NCBI RefSeq assembly: GCF_964355755.1
Contig: NC_092678.1
Span: forward strand, 4,542,422 to 4,606,421
Direction of reading: 5' to 3'
Source of the DNA: Antedon mediterranea
Taxonomy: Eukaryota; Animalia; Echinodermata
Length of the DNA: 64,000 nt
Shown here: positions 14,091 to 25,389 of the stretch, one piece after another
Position numbering within the stretch: the stretch's first letter is position 1
How the letters are laid out: each line of letters begins with the position of its first letter
Made by a program: the position numbers and the translations under genes
The notes under the pieces: generated by a model
Told to the model about the DNA's origin: nothing
Database searches by the model: none
Seen by the model: the letters and a program-made list of their open reading frames with translations, nothing else

Positions 14091-14163
14091 CTGTAAAATA
14101 GGCCATATGCAAAGCCACAGGGTTAAATGCACTAGGCACCCTCTGGTATGCCAACGTCTCCAT
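14091..14163 (-). CDS. VGLL4: Candidate VGLL4 alternative first exon B (METLAYQRVPSAFNPVALHMAYFT)
   Basis: ATG at 14163 (in-frame upstream ATG at 14187), CAG|GTAGGT donor in phase 1; CCAAT motifs upstream at about 14340 and 14408. Confidence 0.6.
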
Positions 14164-16877
14164 CCTTGATACATCCACCAGCCTCATTAATAACAAAATT
14201 CTCCACAATTATACAAAAAAAATCACTAAAACTACAGCACACACAACTAGACAGTGACTAGGGATTCAAGAGTATAACCCAGGCCAGGCAACTACTGTAC
14301 TCCACTCAAGTTTGTTATCAACTCCTACGACAGGCTCAGCCAATCAGCAACTGGGGAGTCTGACAAGGACACTATAATATGTGGTGTTGTCACTCATGCA
14401 AATTTAGCCAATCGGATTACAGAATTTCATCATGAAAGTTTTGCTAGATGTTGATTGGTTTAGATTTATTGTTTGCCAATTATATTTTGACACAATTTTA
14501 TTTTGCCATCTTAACATTTACCGTAGTAATAAGTTGGGCAAAAGTTATGGTGACCTCTAATTATACAGCTCTCTGAAACGAGACTATCCCTAATTAGCAT
14601 TTCAATTTTAACTTTTAATAAGTAAAAATACTAAATTCTATGGAATTTGGGAGCACAATTATGTTTCTTATTATGAAACTTTCTTTTTCATAAAATATTT
14701 TTCATAAAATGTTTTCTTTTTTTTAATGAGAAATACCAAGTAAGTATGGGTTCAATAGTAAACTATTATTAACATATGTTTACGAATTACTGACATTTTT
14801 TACATAATTCATTTTTACAGGTATACATATAAATTAGTTATATAGGCTCAAATAAAAATACTATAAAAAGTGGAGTAATGCTAAATTACAGTAACTGTAT
14901 TTTATTGTTGACATCAAAACTTCAGTTTCTTCAAAGCCGACAAAAGGGGGCGCTATACATGTTTTTACCAATATCATAATATTTTAGCATCACTATTTAT
15001 TGCCATATGATACTTATAGCATTCTCCACAGCAAAGGAGAGAATAGTACATACTAAATAAACCAATGTGATTTCATAACATTTTTGGAGGAGGTACAGTA
15101 ATAATTCATCTTTTAATTATGATTGCATGACAAGTATTGGTTTGTTTCCATCACGATATCAAAATGTTATTTCAGCTTATTTGTTATTAAGTTTAATCAA
15201 TCAGGCATACCATAGTGTATCATTCCATGATAACGTTATTGTTGATGACAATTTAGATTAAAAAGGGTAACAGATAAATTATTAATATGATTAAAAAGAG
15301 TAACACCATGGATAAATTATTAATATTATGTACTGTATTAGTACAGTAGTAATAGTAGTAGTTTAAGTAGTAAGTAACGTTTTATAAGAAAAATAGTAAC
15401 TTTTTGTGTGAAATCCTAAACACATTAAAAAAAGTATAATGCTGATTCTGGCATATTTTTCAATAAGAATCCATTAGGAAAAGCCAGCTTTTGTCCCAGG
15501 TACTCAAAATTAACTTAAATGTGTTCCGGAAGTAATTACTGTAGCAGGTATGGAACATCCAGAAGCTTCCTTTTGGAATTTTAAAATGAAAATCTAGACA
15601 AGAATTTGAAATATTTGGTTACAAACTGACTAGCAACCTGGATCACTCCCATGGGAGATAATTATGTGGCTAGAAAGATTGCATCCCGAATTCAAAAAAT
15701 TTAAATAATTCTCTGCTTGATACACAGAGTTTTTTTTTAAGTAGATATTCTGGATGTGAAACAAAAATCTAAAAACAGATATTTATATCTAAAATTTTTT
15801 TTCAGGCATGCTACATCCTTCCAAGATTTAGCTTCCCACCTCATCTCCTCAATCATCCTGTTGGTACTTTATAATTTTATACAATTCTGCCTAAATGACA
15901 TTTTTTCCATATGAATCGTGTAAGTATGACAGTAAAACAAATAATGAGGTTACAAATTAACCAAGAATTTGAAACATCTGAATCACATCAGAATGAAGAC
16001 AAAATAATTTAAGGTATTTTTATGATTTCATTTTACGAGACGGATGAGGCCGACATAAAAAGTATCCAGGTAAGGAGTTACCTGGTACACACTAGTATTA
16101 TGTCCAGGTACAAGTGTACCAACTCTAAACATTTTTTTATATCACTTTAGTTAATTGCAGCAACCACCTGGCAAATTAAACAAAGTTTTTGTCATTTTAA
16201 ATATTTTTTTTTCAATCATCTTCACCCACAAGTCACCTTAACATGTTGTGTCTTGAGAACATTTAATTTAAAATAATGTAATGCATGACACCTGATGATT
16301 TGAAAATTACTATAGAGGATGTTTTTAGACATGGCACATTACAGGTGTTGAAATGTAAAGTACTGTAGGAAAAATTAAGTTTAATAGTTATATTTAAATA
16401 ACAAAGGTTGATTAAAAATTATTTTTAATACTATAGTTTCATTTCACAGTGCAGATAATTAAACATGAATCTTAAACAAAAACACAACCAATTTAACAAT
16501 TGTAACTGTAGTTGTAGTTTACAGTACTATGATTGGTTGATTTGAATCCTACTTGGTCAAGAACAACAATGTATTATTAAACCAATGAGCATTCAGCGCC
16601 ACATGCTAACATGCAAATTAGCTCATTTGCATAAAAACAAAAGAACCAATTACAGGGTAAAATCATTTGTCATTTGGCTGTGCATGGGAGTAGATGGTCT
16701 TCTTGGTTTACACACACGGCAAAATTGTTTACACTTCCTCAATAGTTTTATTTGGAAATATATTAGAAGCAAAACTCTGGCAAAATTAAAGGTATGTGAA
16801 TCTTTTTATTGGAAGCATGCAGTTATGTACAGTTTGATTACCGAATTACACCACAAAACCCTTGGTATTGCTCTTAC

Positions 16878-16995
16878 CGGTCCTAGGACTAGGTACATCT
16901 CCATGTTTGCCTTCACCCTCCACATCTTTTGCAATTTTGGTTCCATTGCCAACCATCGATGCTGCAAATGACAGAACATCTAGCGATGTTTCCAT
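16878..16995 (-). CDS. VGLL4: VGLL4 first coding exon A (METSLDVLSFAASMV...)
   Basis: Matches the conserved VGLL4 N-terminus METPLDVLSRAASLV; 118 nt, G|GTAAG donor in phase 1; the spliced product (118+172+269+266 nt) is 274 aa. Confidence 0.9.
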
Positions 16996-17526
16996 TTCTA
17001 ACCACCTTCAATGAAAGAGGAATACGAAAAAACGTCCACTTTGTAACCACGGTATATTTAATTGTATTGATAAACAAAAAGCTAGGCCCTAGGCTGGATC
17101 AGATCTGCGAACAATACGTCAACAGGTAACAATACACACGAAATACACGTCACTCATTCACCTACCAAGTCCCCTAAAAACACCTTTGTCGCACATACAC
17201 TGACTAACCTACTCATCGTAATTATCTATACAATTCAAGATTTCTTTTGTTTAGCGCTAGTTAATTTAAGAAATTAAACAAATGTGTATTTACCTTACAC
17301 TTTTCTGTTATGATATTAAAATTGGTTGAAGAAATATCCGGAAATTTAGATGGAATATTGCGAATAAATTGCGTTGTGTTCCTTTATCAATCAAACAAGT
17401 TGGTCGGAAAATATGTTTGGAATGAAGGTATGCGTGATTCCAATTTTAAAAGGGGTGGTCATAATATTTAATTATTGTAAATAAATATATTATTTAAAAG
17501 CCTAATAAATATTCAAGAATTGATTA

Positions 17527-17778
17527 GTCCTGTTATAAGTCGTCAAATATTATAATTTTTCAATCATGTTTACTTGTTCTGTTGAATGATAACAATTTTT
17601 CTTTTGCCAATAACACCCTTTTTGTAATGGTAGCTTCCAGTTTGTCAATAAAGCTTATTTTCAAGAGATTGAGTAAAGGTGAAGGGTCATGTATTAAATC
17701 ACCTATTGGTGCTGCACAATAATAATTTATTCGTTTGTTAAATTGTTCCATGATTAATGAATACATTATACTATCGTT
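17527..17778. repeat. Dispersed repeat, copy 1 (copy 2 at about 19719-19977)
   Basis: Shared blocks AATCATGTTTACTTGTT, TTGAATGATAACAAT, TTTTGTAATGGTAGCTTCCAGTTTGTCAATAAA, GTCATGTATT, ATACTATCGT. Confidence 0.75.
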
Positions 17779-19478
17779 TAGTTTTTGTTTATTTTTCCCG
17801 CCGCTCCTTTAGGCAGTTATATTCAAGATAACGGAATCATTTGAAAGAATTAGTTACAACCATGAATACGGCTGAAAAAATGGGTATTTGGAAACTTGGA
17901 CTCGACTGGGCATGCTCAAACTCCAAAGCACGTCTGGGAGAGGAGAGTCTATGAGATATATCCAGACAGTTACAGAAGGGAGGTGATGAAAAATAATTCT
18001 TAACGACATTTTTTTTTTATTTGCCATTTTAATATAACATAATAGTTATCCACTTTGACCAAAAATTTTTATCGAATAGCTGAATTGTCTTTCCTTTTTT
18101 TGGCAGAATCCTATTAATTGGGAAAGGCGTGGTATTTTAGCTGAAAAGTACGGTTCTTTAATTTTTTTATTACCCTTTCACGCGATCGACCTTCATAATA
18201 AAACAAAATGTGTCAACAATCGATTTTAAATTTGCATTAAAAATGTATATAATTCAAAAAGGAACTAACAACGACACAGATCATAAACCAACATTTGAAA
18301 AATCATTTAAGAACTTTATAATAAAAAATAAATAAAAAGTCTTCTATGGGTATGATAATAACAAACGCGAGCCTAATAATTCAATATTTTCAAACTTTGT
18401 TATCTTAAGGTTTAATTTGTTTTCTATTATAATAATCAAACTTTAGTGGACACTGCCTTCTGGTTTTATATAGAGTGCGGTGCATTTAGATGAGGTGGGA
18501 TCGTACAGTAATTGTAGTTAATAATTCAATCTTAAACGTAATTTCATATTTATTTTTTATTGATTTAAAAGTTAATAATATTTTTAATAAATCCCATGTT
18601 ATGCACTTTATCCGTCACCGTTTTAAGTGATTGCGGTTTGGAGAATGTGAAAAAAACAATTGGATTTATCTTTTTTGGTCATACCAAACATTTACAGTTA
18701 AATAAATGAATGCATTGACGATCGAAAGAAATGTATTTGATTTAAAATTAAAACATAATATGAATGAATATACAAAACATTACAAATATTACGTACATAA
18801 TGATTAAGTACATTTCAAGAATATTTTAGTTTTCTATATGAACTACCCCCTCTACAGTTTAATTATAATTTTGAAGTAAAGCAAACAAGAAAAGTACGAA
18901 TTGCTGTCACTATTCACATTTAATGGGGGTTTTCCAGGTTTGACGACAAAGAGTGACAGTCGTGAATCATTCCCAGGATCCACAATGAGTTGGTGATGAT
19001 TTAAAGTTTAGTTCGTCCAAAATGTGTTAATCTTGTTATTGAGATGTTCAGTATGTGTGAAAACGCGAATTGCAACATTTTGCCCGGGCGCTTATTTTTA
19101 GAAATTAAATCAATCAAATCGAGAGGTCAGAAAATCTATCTGAGTTTTCCAAGTACAGTATATCCAGAAAACTTCTATTGTATCGATCAGGTATTAATTC
19201 AATTCAATGAAAAATATAGATATATAAATACAATAAAAGGAAGAGAAGAAGTACACAGCATTATCAAAATTTACAAATTATGGGGAGAGGACCAAAAACT
19301 ATCTGTTGAGATAGTGCCTCTCTTCATTTAAAATACATTCTGGAATCTAACAACATATACTGTAATTATATCGTACTGCATTCATTGCATATAAGCTAGA
19401 ATTGGTCTAATTTGATTTGATTATTAAATTTACAATTTGGCTCAATATTTACAGCACTGTTAGTTGGATCTGTGGTTG

Positions 19479-19488
19479 GGGAATTTCC
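19479..19488 (+). promoter_or_regulatory. NF-kB consensus site GGGAATTTCC
   Basis: Perfect GGGRNWYYCC match about 3.1 kb upstream of the TNIP2-like ATG; further matches at 18926-18935, 22353-22362 and 22539-22548. Confidence 0.4.
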
Positions 19489-19718
19489 GGGTTCCAATTG
19501 TAGAACCTTTCGAATTGCTTCACTCGTAAAACATTTTGTTCACAAATATATATATATATATATTCTGAATTAATGGTAATTTTTATTTGAGCATCATAAG
19601 CTAATTGTAATTATTTCACTTAACCTACCCTCTGATTAATATTGGAACGATCCATATATTAGTGGTCTAGTTAAAAGCAGAAAAAAAAAACCCTCTGTTT
19701 CCAAATCTAATCGAACTA

Positions 19719-19977
19719 TAGTCCTGCTATAAAAACGTAAAATATTAGCATTTTTTAATCATGTTTACTTGTTGTTTTATTGAATGATAACAATCTTTGC
19801 TTAATTAACACCACTTTTGTAATGGTAGCTTCCAGTTTGTCAATAAAACTTCAAGATATTGAGTAAAAGTCATGTATTGAATCACCTTTTCGCTAAGGTA
19901 CGTCCTGCACCGTAATAATTTATTCATGATCATTGCTCCAAAATTAATAATAATTTTAATGAATTAAATACTATCGT
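19719..19977. repeat. Dispersed repeat, copy 2
   Basis: Same-orientation homology to 17527-17778. Confidence 0.75.
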
Positions 19978-22622
19978 ACAGTATTTCTATATTCTATAAT
20001 AATAATTATCGAAATTTCAGCCACTTACGTTAAATTTTCTTTATATAATTATTTATGCTATTGACCACTAACTTTATCCGCGATACTGTTTATTACGTAA
20101 TTATTATCCGTGTAATATTCCAAAATAATAATTGAGTGTTAGCCCTCGTCTTCTCCATCTATTTGATTCGAGGGAGGATCAGAACGTACTGTATGTAAAA
20201 CAATGTAAATATAATCGTATTAGTACGATTCATGTTTTGCTTTTTTGGGGATGTAGCCTATTCTTTATTGAGGTTTGTTTTACGTACGTACCCTTCTAAA
20301 TTATTTTACATTAAAGTGAAGCGATTTTCTGAAAAAAAAAATTATAGGTCTATAATAATATTTTTAATTGATTGCTTTTTATTGATAATTGATATTAACT
20401 AAAACCCATATTTGTGATCATAAAACAAATTAAACATTTCAAATAAGAATAAGACTTTTAAAGTCACTTTAGGCCTACTAGGAAGAACAGAAATCGGTCG
20501 ATGAGTAATTCTTTTCCCCCCATTTTTAAATAATGGGATACTCCACGTGCTATTTTTGTGGGCAGAATAGATTTTTGCATGCAATAATACATTATACCAT
20601 ATGTAACAAAACGGGTAAGTAAATAAACAATCTATCTTAGCAGTTGGAAAAACCATCGCCACCACCATTGTTACCATTGTTCATTTATCTAAAACGAAAC
20701 CAAACAACATCATCTTTCTCTCTATCTCTATGGGAAAGCCACAGTGTCTATAAATACCGATAGTGGACAGCATTAGAGCAATAATTACATTTTGAGAATT
20801 TCCATTCAAACTCTTTATACATTTTGTGTGCCTATAATAACACATATCATCATATTGAAAAAGGTATAAAGATTTCATTTTTACTATTTTTCAATAATAA
20901 ATATGTCGGTAATTTTAACCACATTTTGCAATTTGAGTACAAAGGCAGCGATGTTTCCTTTTCATAGGTTTATTTTATAAAGAAATGACACATTCAGTCT
21001 CATATTTATACATTTTTGGTCATTTCCTTCACGTATAGTCTTGTTTTTTAAAAAAACAGGACAAGGACTGAAATAAATAAAATCATTTAATTGGTTTATG
21101 TTTGATTTAGACAGTGGTTCTGTATAGGCCTGAGAATTAGTAACAGCATTATTACAGTATAATATATCATACATTGATAAAGTAGCCACAAAGGTCAACT
21201 ATGAAAGTACTGTAATATCCAAGGTAAAAAATAGTATATGTAATAACAATTATTGTGGATCGGAGTTTTTTAAAGAATTAGTTTGTTTTAATGGCATTTA
21301 AAGCATTATTTGGTTGGTCTAAAAAAGCTTCCTCGTTAAAAATAATCATATCAAATCAAAGCGTTACTACACTGAACCCTAAGAGTAAAAGCTCAGACCA
21401 TCATTTTTACATTTCTACACAGCTCACTATGTTGGTCGGTCGGTAAACACTAACCTGAGCACGCGACTGCAGCCATATATGGTCTTGTTTATGTTGTGGA
21501 ATAGACTTCTAAAATAAAATAAAAAATTGCTTATTGTTATTTTAAACTGATTACTATATTATATTATCGGGTTGTTTTTAGTATGCAAATAATTATTAAT
21601 ATATACATTTACTCATTGTTTATTGTTGTTATTGTTTATCATTCCAAATGATGACATACTAATGACTGGAATATAATCGAAGCCGCATCGGAAAACAGCT
21701 GCTGTCATATCGCATGCTATTTTTATCACAAAACTTCCCATCCAGGGTCTAAATTGCTTCATCGCAGCTCTTAATACAACATTTGGAAATTATGATTTTG
21801 AAATCGTGCTAATTTGAGTTTCACAATGGGAAGGAATTTTTTCATTTATCATTATTTTTATTATAATTTTGAGTCATTTTTTATCTGAACCGTGTCGTCA
21901 GTATTTCTTAGCCCCATCTAGAAGCCCCATCTTTTAGTTGGTATGCAAAAGTAATCTTAAAAAGAGCCTATCTCGAAATCAAGCTCACTACTGGGCTTTT
22001 TTTTTCAAGATAGAAACTATTTGAATATCAAAGGATTGGACCCTATATTTTTAAAACTACACAAGTCAGATTTTTACAATTCTTTTTTTAAATTTTAATA
22101 TTGATACAAAATATTAACAGGCAATGTATGCTATTAACTTCTGATGTTGCTGCAATGATTAAACAAAAAGTCGAGCGGCGTTTTTTGTAACTTGTAAGAA
22201 ATATTTCTTGTTTAAATTTGTTTATTTCAGTACATTTTCCAATAGTAAAAGGAAAATTTATAGCCTAAATTAAACAAAATTAGTAATTATGTTTAATTTA
22301 GGCTATAAATGCTCTAACGTGTTGGCAGTACTATTACAGTATTAATTGCTCTCGGGTTTTCCAGAACCACATTATCTATTGTATTTACAAGACAAATAGG
22401 CGGCGTTCCATACGGTACATGTACAACTGTAATTTCCAATCTAACTATTTTTAGTTTACCTCGCTAGGCATATATAGGCCTAATACAGAAGCTTCCTCAC
22501 TTTACTCATAGCAAGTAACCCACGAGTGCAGGCAAACGGTGAAATCCCTAAATAACTTCAAAGGGTAATACCGCTTGGTGTGAGTAGAATCAAGTTGTAC
22601 ACATTTTGTTAAAATAAAATTA

Positions 22623-23063
22623 ATGATGTCATTCAATCCAAAACATGATAGCGCTTATAATAGCTCTGGTGCGGACGGGGCGCGGGTCGTTCATGGTCTG
22701 GTGAAAACTGAAGAAATTCCTCGTCGGGCAGCAGAGAAGGTTAGGCCTAGCACAGATGATACCCAATTGTTACGGGACGAAATAGTTTTATTAAAAAAAG
22801 ATTTAAAATGTGTACACCTTCTAGAACAGTTGTTAAAAGACCGCGATAAATCATTGAACCATTTAGAGAAGACGGTAAAAAGCTATAAAATGTGTATTGA
22901 ACATTTACAATGGCGGTTACATAAACACAACTTGGACTCATCTGTTGATTTAAAAGAACACGAGATATTCGAGCCTGGCCACGATAAACAGATATTAAAA
23001 TCTTTGTTGGACGACGCTATACGATATAAAAGACTACTTGATGAAAATTACAGCTCCGAAGAG
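22623..23063 (+). CDS. TNIP2: TNIP2/ABIN-2-like protein, exon 1 (coiled coil)
   Basis: 147 codons ending GAG|GTAAGA (phase 0); splices in frame to the TTCAG acceptor before 24040. Confidence 0.8.
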
Positions 23064-24039
23064 GTAAGATTTATTATAAAAAATTATATTGTAATATTAT
23101 TTTTTAATTTGATTCATGTTTTTATTCCAGCAGATTTTACCTCTCCCTCCCCAAATGTTACCTCTCCCTCCCCATGTTATTTATACTTTTATATCTATGC
23201 AGTAGTATCCATTTATAAATCTATGTTAAATGTACGCTAATAATGCCATATGCTTACTATGAAACTTAACATAACATATATATATATATAAAAATGATTT
23301 TGTTTATTCTCGTCCATGTTATATTGCCAAATAAAATTGTTACTAAAGACGTAGGCCTATATAAATCTTTTTTAATTATTATTAGTTTTCAAGAACATCT
23401 CCCTGTTAATATGCAAAGTCATAAACCAAATTGACACGTGGGCGACCCCTTTCTTTTCAATTCGATTCAAACTCCAACAGCTTATAAAATTCTTTTGTTT
23501 GCACAATTTAATTGTTCTCATTTGTACAGTTCAGTGTACACTGTCACAGCCCCTTTAAAAACCGGTTGAAACTGGAATCTTGTAAATTCCATTCTGCTAT
23601 TTTTGGTTAGCTCTGTATGTATGATGACTATAATCAATCCACATATTAAAGGGATCAACTCAACAGTGTTGTTACTTAAATTGTGAATTATATAATCAGT
23701 ACCAGTGTATTGTATGGTTTAATCAGACAACTCCCTGGTTTAATAACCACTGATACTGTATAACAGTTTGCTATTTGTATTCAGCATTCTATACTCTAAG
23801 TGTTAATTCAATACAGTAACAGTTTGATGAAAATGATCAAATACAGGTCAAAATATTGAATCACACTGCTTTATTATAATTCTGTACTTTTATCATCACA
23901 ATTTCAACATATTGTATGAATGTAAAAGTGTATAGAATATTTCTTTTTATTTAGTATTTATCAGTAATGACAACAATACTGATAATGATTTGAAGTATTT
24001 AATCTTTGAAATTATTACATTCATTTTTTTTGTGTTCAG

Positions 24040-25389
24040 GTTGCCGAAGCAAAGGAGACCATATCTGCTCTTGAGGAAGAAGTTAGTAAGCTGTCTAGAC
24101 AACTGAAACTAAAAGAAACAGAACTCAGTGATGTTTTAACTCAAATGAGATCTTCAGACAATGAGAAAGATATAATAATTAGTAAGTTACAATGTCAGTT
24201 ACAAGATTGTCGTACACAGCGTTCCGATGAGGACGCTGTTCGTGGCATGTTGAGTTCCGAATTAAGAAAATTGAAATCAAATACAGAAAAATTAGTTGAA
24301 GAGAAAAAGAAAATAACAAAGGAACTGAAAGAATATGCGCAAAGAGAGAAGATATGGGCAAAAGAAAGAAAAATGTTTATTGACCACGTCAAAATTCTTA
24401 ATCCAGAATCAAATTTGAGTTTAGAAGATGAGTGTAAAACACTTCAAGAACAGGTGCGAAATTTAAGCCGCGAAAATGCAGATTTAAGTAAACAATTGAA
24501 AGATGTCATTAGCATGAACACTCGCTGGCAGAAATACTCCGATCAAAGAGAAGCACACGTTGTACAGTTGACACAAAAATTAAAAATATCTGAAAATAAG
24601 GTTTTAGAGAAGTATTGCCAAGATCTTGTTGAAAAAGTCGCTGAACTTGAGAGGGCGCAAAAAGAGAAAGAAACCCAACGAAAAAAAGAAATTGACGCTG
24701 CTGTTCTTAGTTTAGAAACCGATTTAGGAAAAGCATGTGACCTAAATAGCAGACTTCACGAGAGGATAGCAACGCTAGAAAAACAGGTTAAGGAGAAGCA
24801 GGCATCTGATGAACAATGTGAACAAATTATGCTTTTAGAACACCAGGTTAGTTCAATAACTGAAGATTTCAAATTGGAAAGAGCAGATCGTGCACAGATT
24901 CAAGGAAGGTATCAAGAGTTACTACAAAAGAATGGAAAACTCTCACAAATGATTGTTGAAAAGAATCAAGTAATTCTTCGATATCAAGAAAAAGAACAAC
25001 AACACCAAAAATATCAACAATATCAACAAGCATTTAAACATTTTCCTCAAACGTGTGGGTTTGGAGAAGCCGCAAAATTGTCACAAAGTTACTTGCCTGA
25101 AATGGTGGAAGCTGATGGAGTTGATTGTCCCGATTCTAGTCCAAAAACCATAGATCCAATTAAAAATAAACAATCTACTTCTAAAACTGAAGCTTTTGGT
25201 GAATTAGTAGGAAACCAAGTTGATGAGGAAGCAGCAGATGGTAGTTTGGTGGAGGAGGGGGATGATGAATTATTGCGCTGTCCTTGTTGTTTGAAAGAGT
25301 TTAAGGTCATGGAACATGCTCAGTTAGTTGATCATTTAGATACCTGTGATGGCCAAGTTTATGATGATGATGATATAGAAATTGGTTGA
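24040..25389 (+). CDS. TNIP2: TNIP2/ABIN-2-like protein, exon 2: EABR/AHD1, UBAN and C-terminal CCHC zinc finger
   Basis: MNTRWQKYSDQREAHV (EABR/AHD1), QIMLLEHQV...EDFKLERADRAQIQ (UBAN DFxxER), LRCPCCLKEF...LVDHLDTC (NEMO-type ZF); spliced length 596 aa. Exact orthology within the TNIP/CEP55 group needs a tree. Confidence 0.85.
   Translation, partial: VAEAKETISALEEEVSKLSRQLKLKETELSDVLTQMRSSDNEKDIIISKLQCQLQDCRTQRSDEDAVRGMLSSELRKLKSNTEKLVEEKKKITKELKEYAQREKIWAKERKMFIDHVKILNPESNLSLEDECKTLQEQVRNLSRENADLSKQLKDVISMNTRWQKYSDQREAHVVQLTQKLKISENKVLEKYCQDLVEKVAELERAQKEKETQRKKEIDAAVLSLETDLGKACDLNSRLHERIATLEKQVKEKQASDEQCEQIMLLEHQVSSITEDFKLERADRAQIQGRYQELLQKNGKLSQMIVEKNQVILRYQEKEQQHQKYQQYQQAFKHFPQTCGFGEAAKLSQSYLPEMVEADGVDCPDSSPKTIDPIKNKQSTSKTEAFGELVGNQVDEEAADGSLVEEGDDELLRCPCCLKEFKVMEHAQLVDHLDTCDGQVYDDDDIEIG

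Noticed and set aside
9240-17425. TEAD-type CATTCC/GGAATG motifs in the VGLL4 locus suggesting autoregulation
   Set aside because: The handful seen is close to chance expectation for a 6-mer at this base composition.
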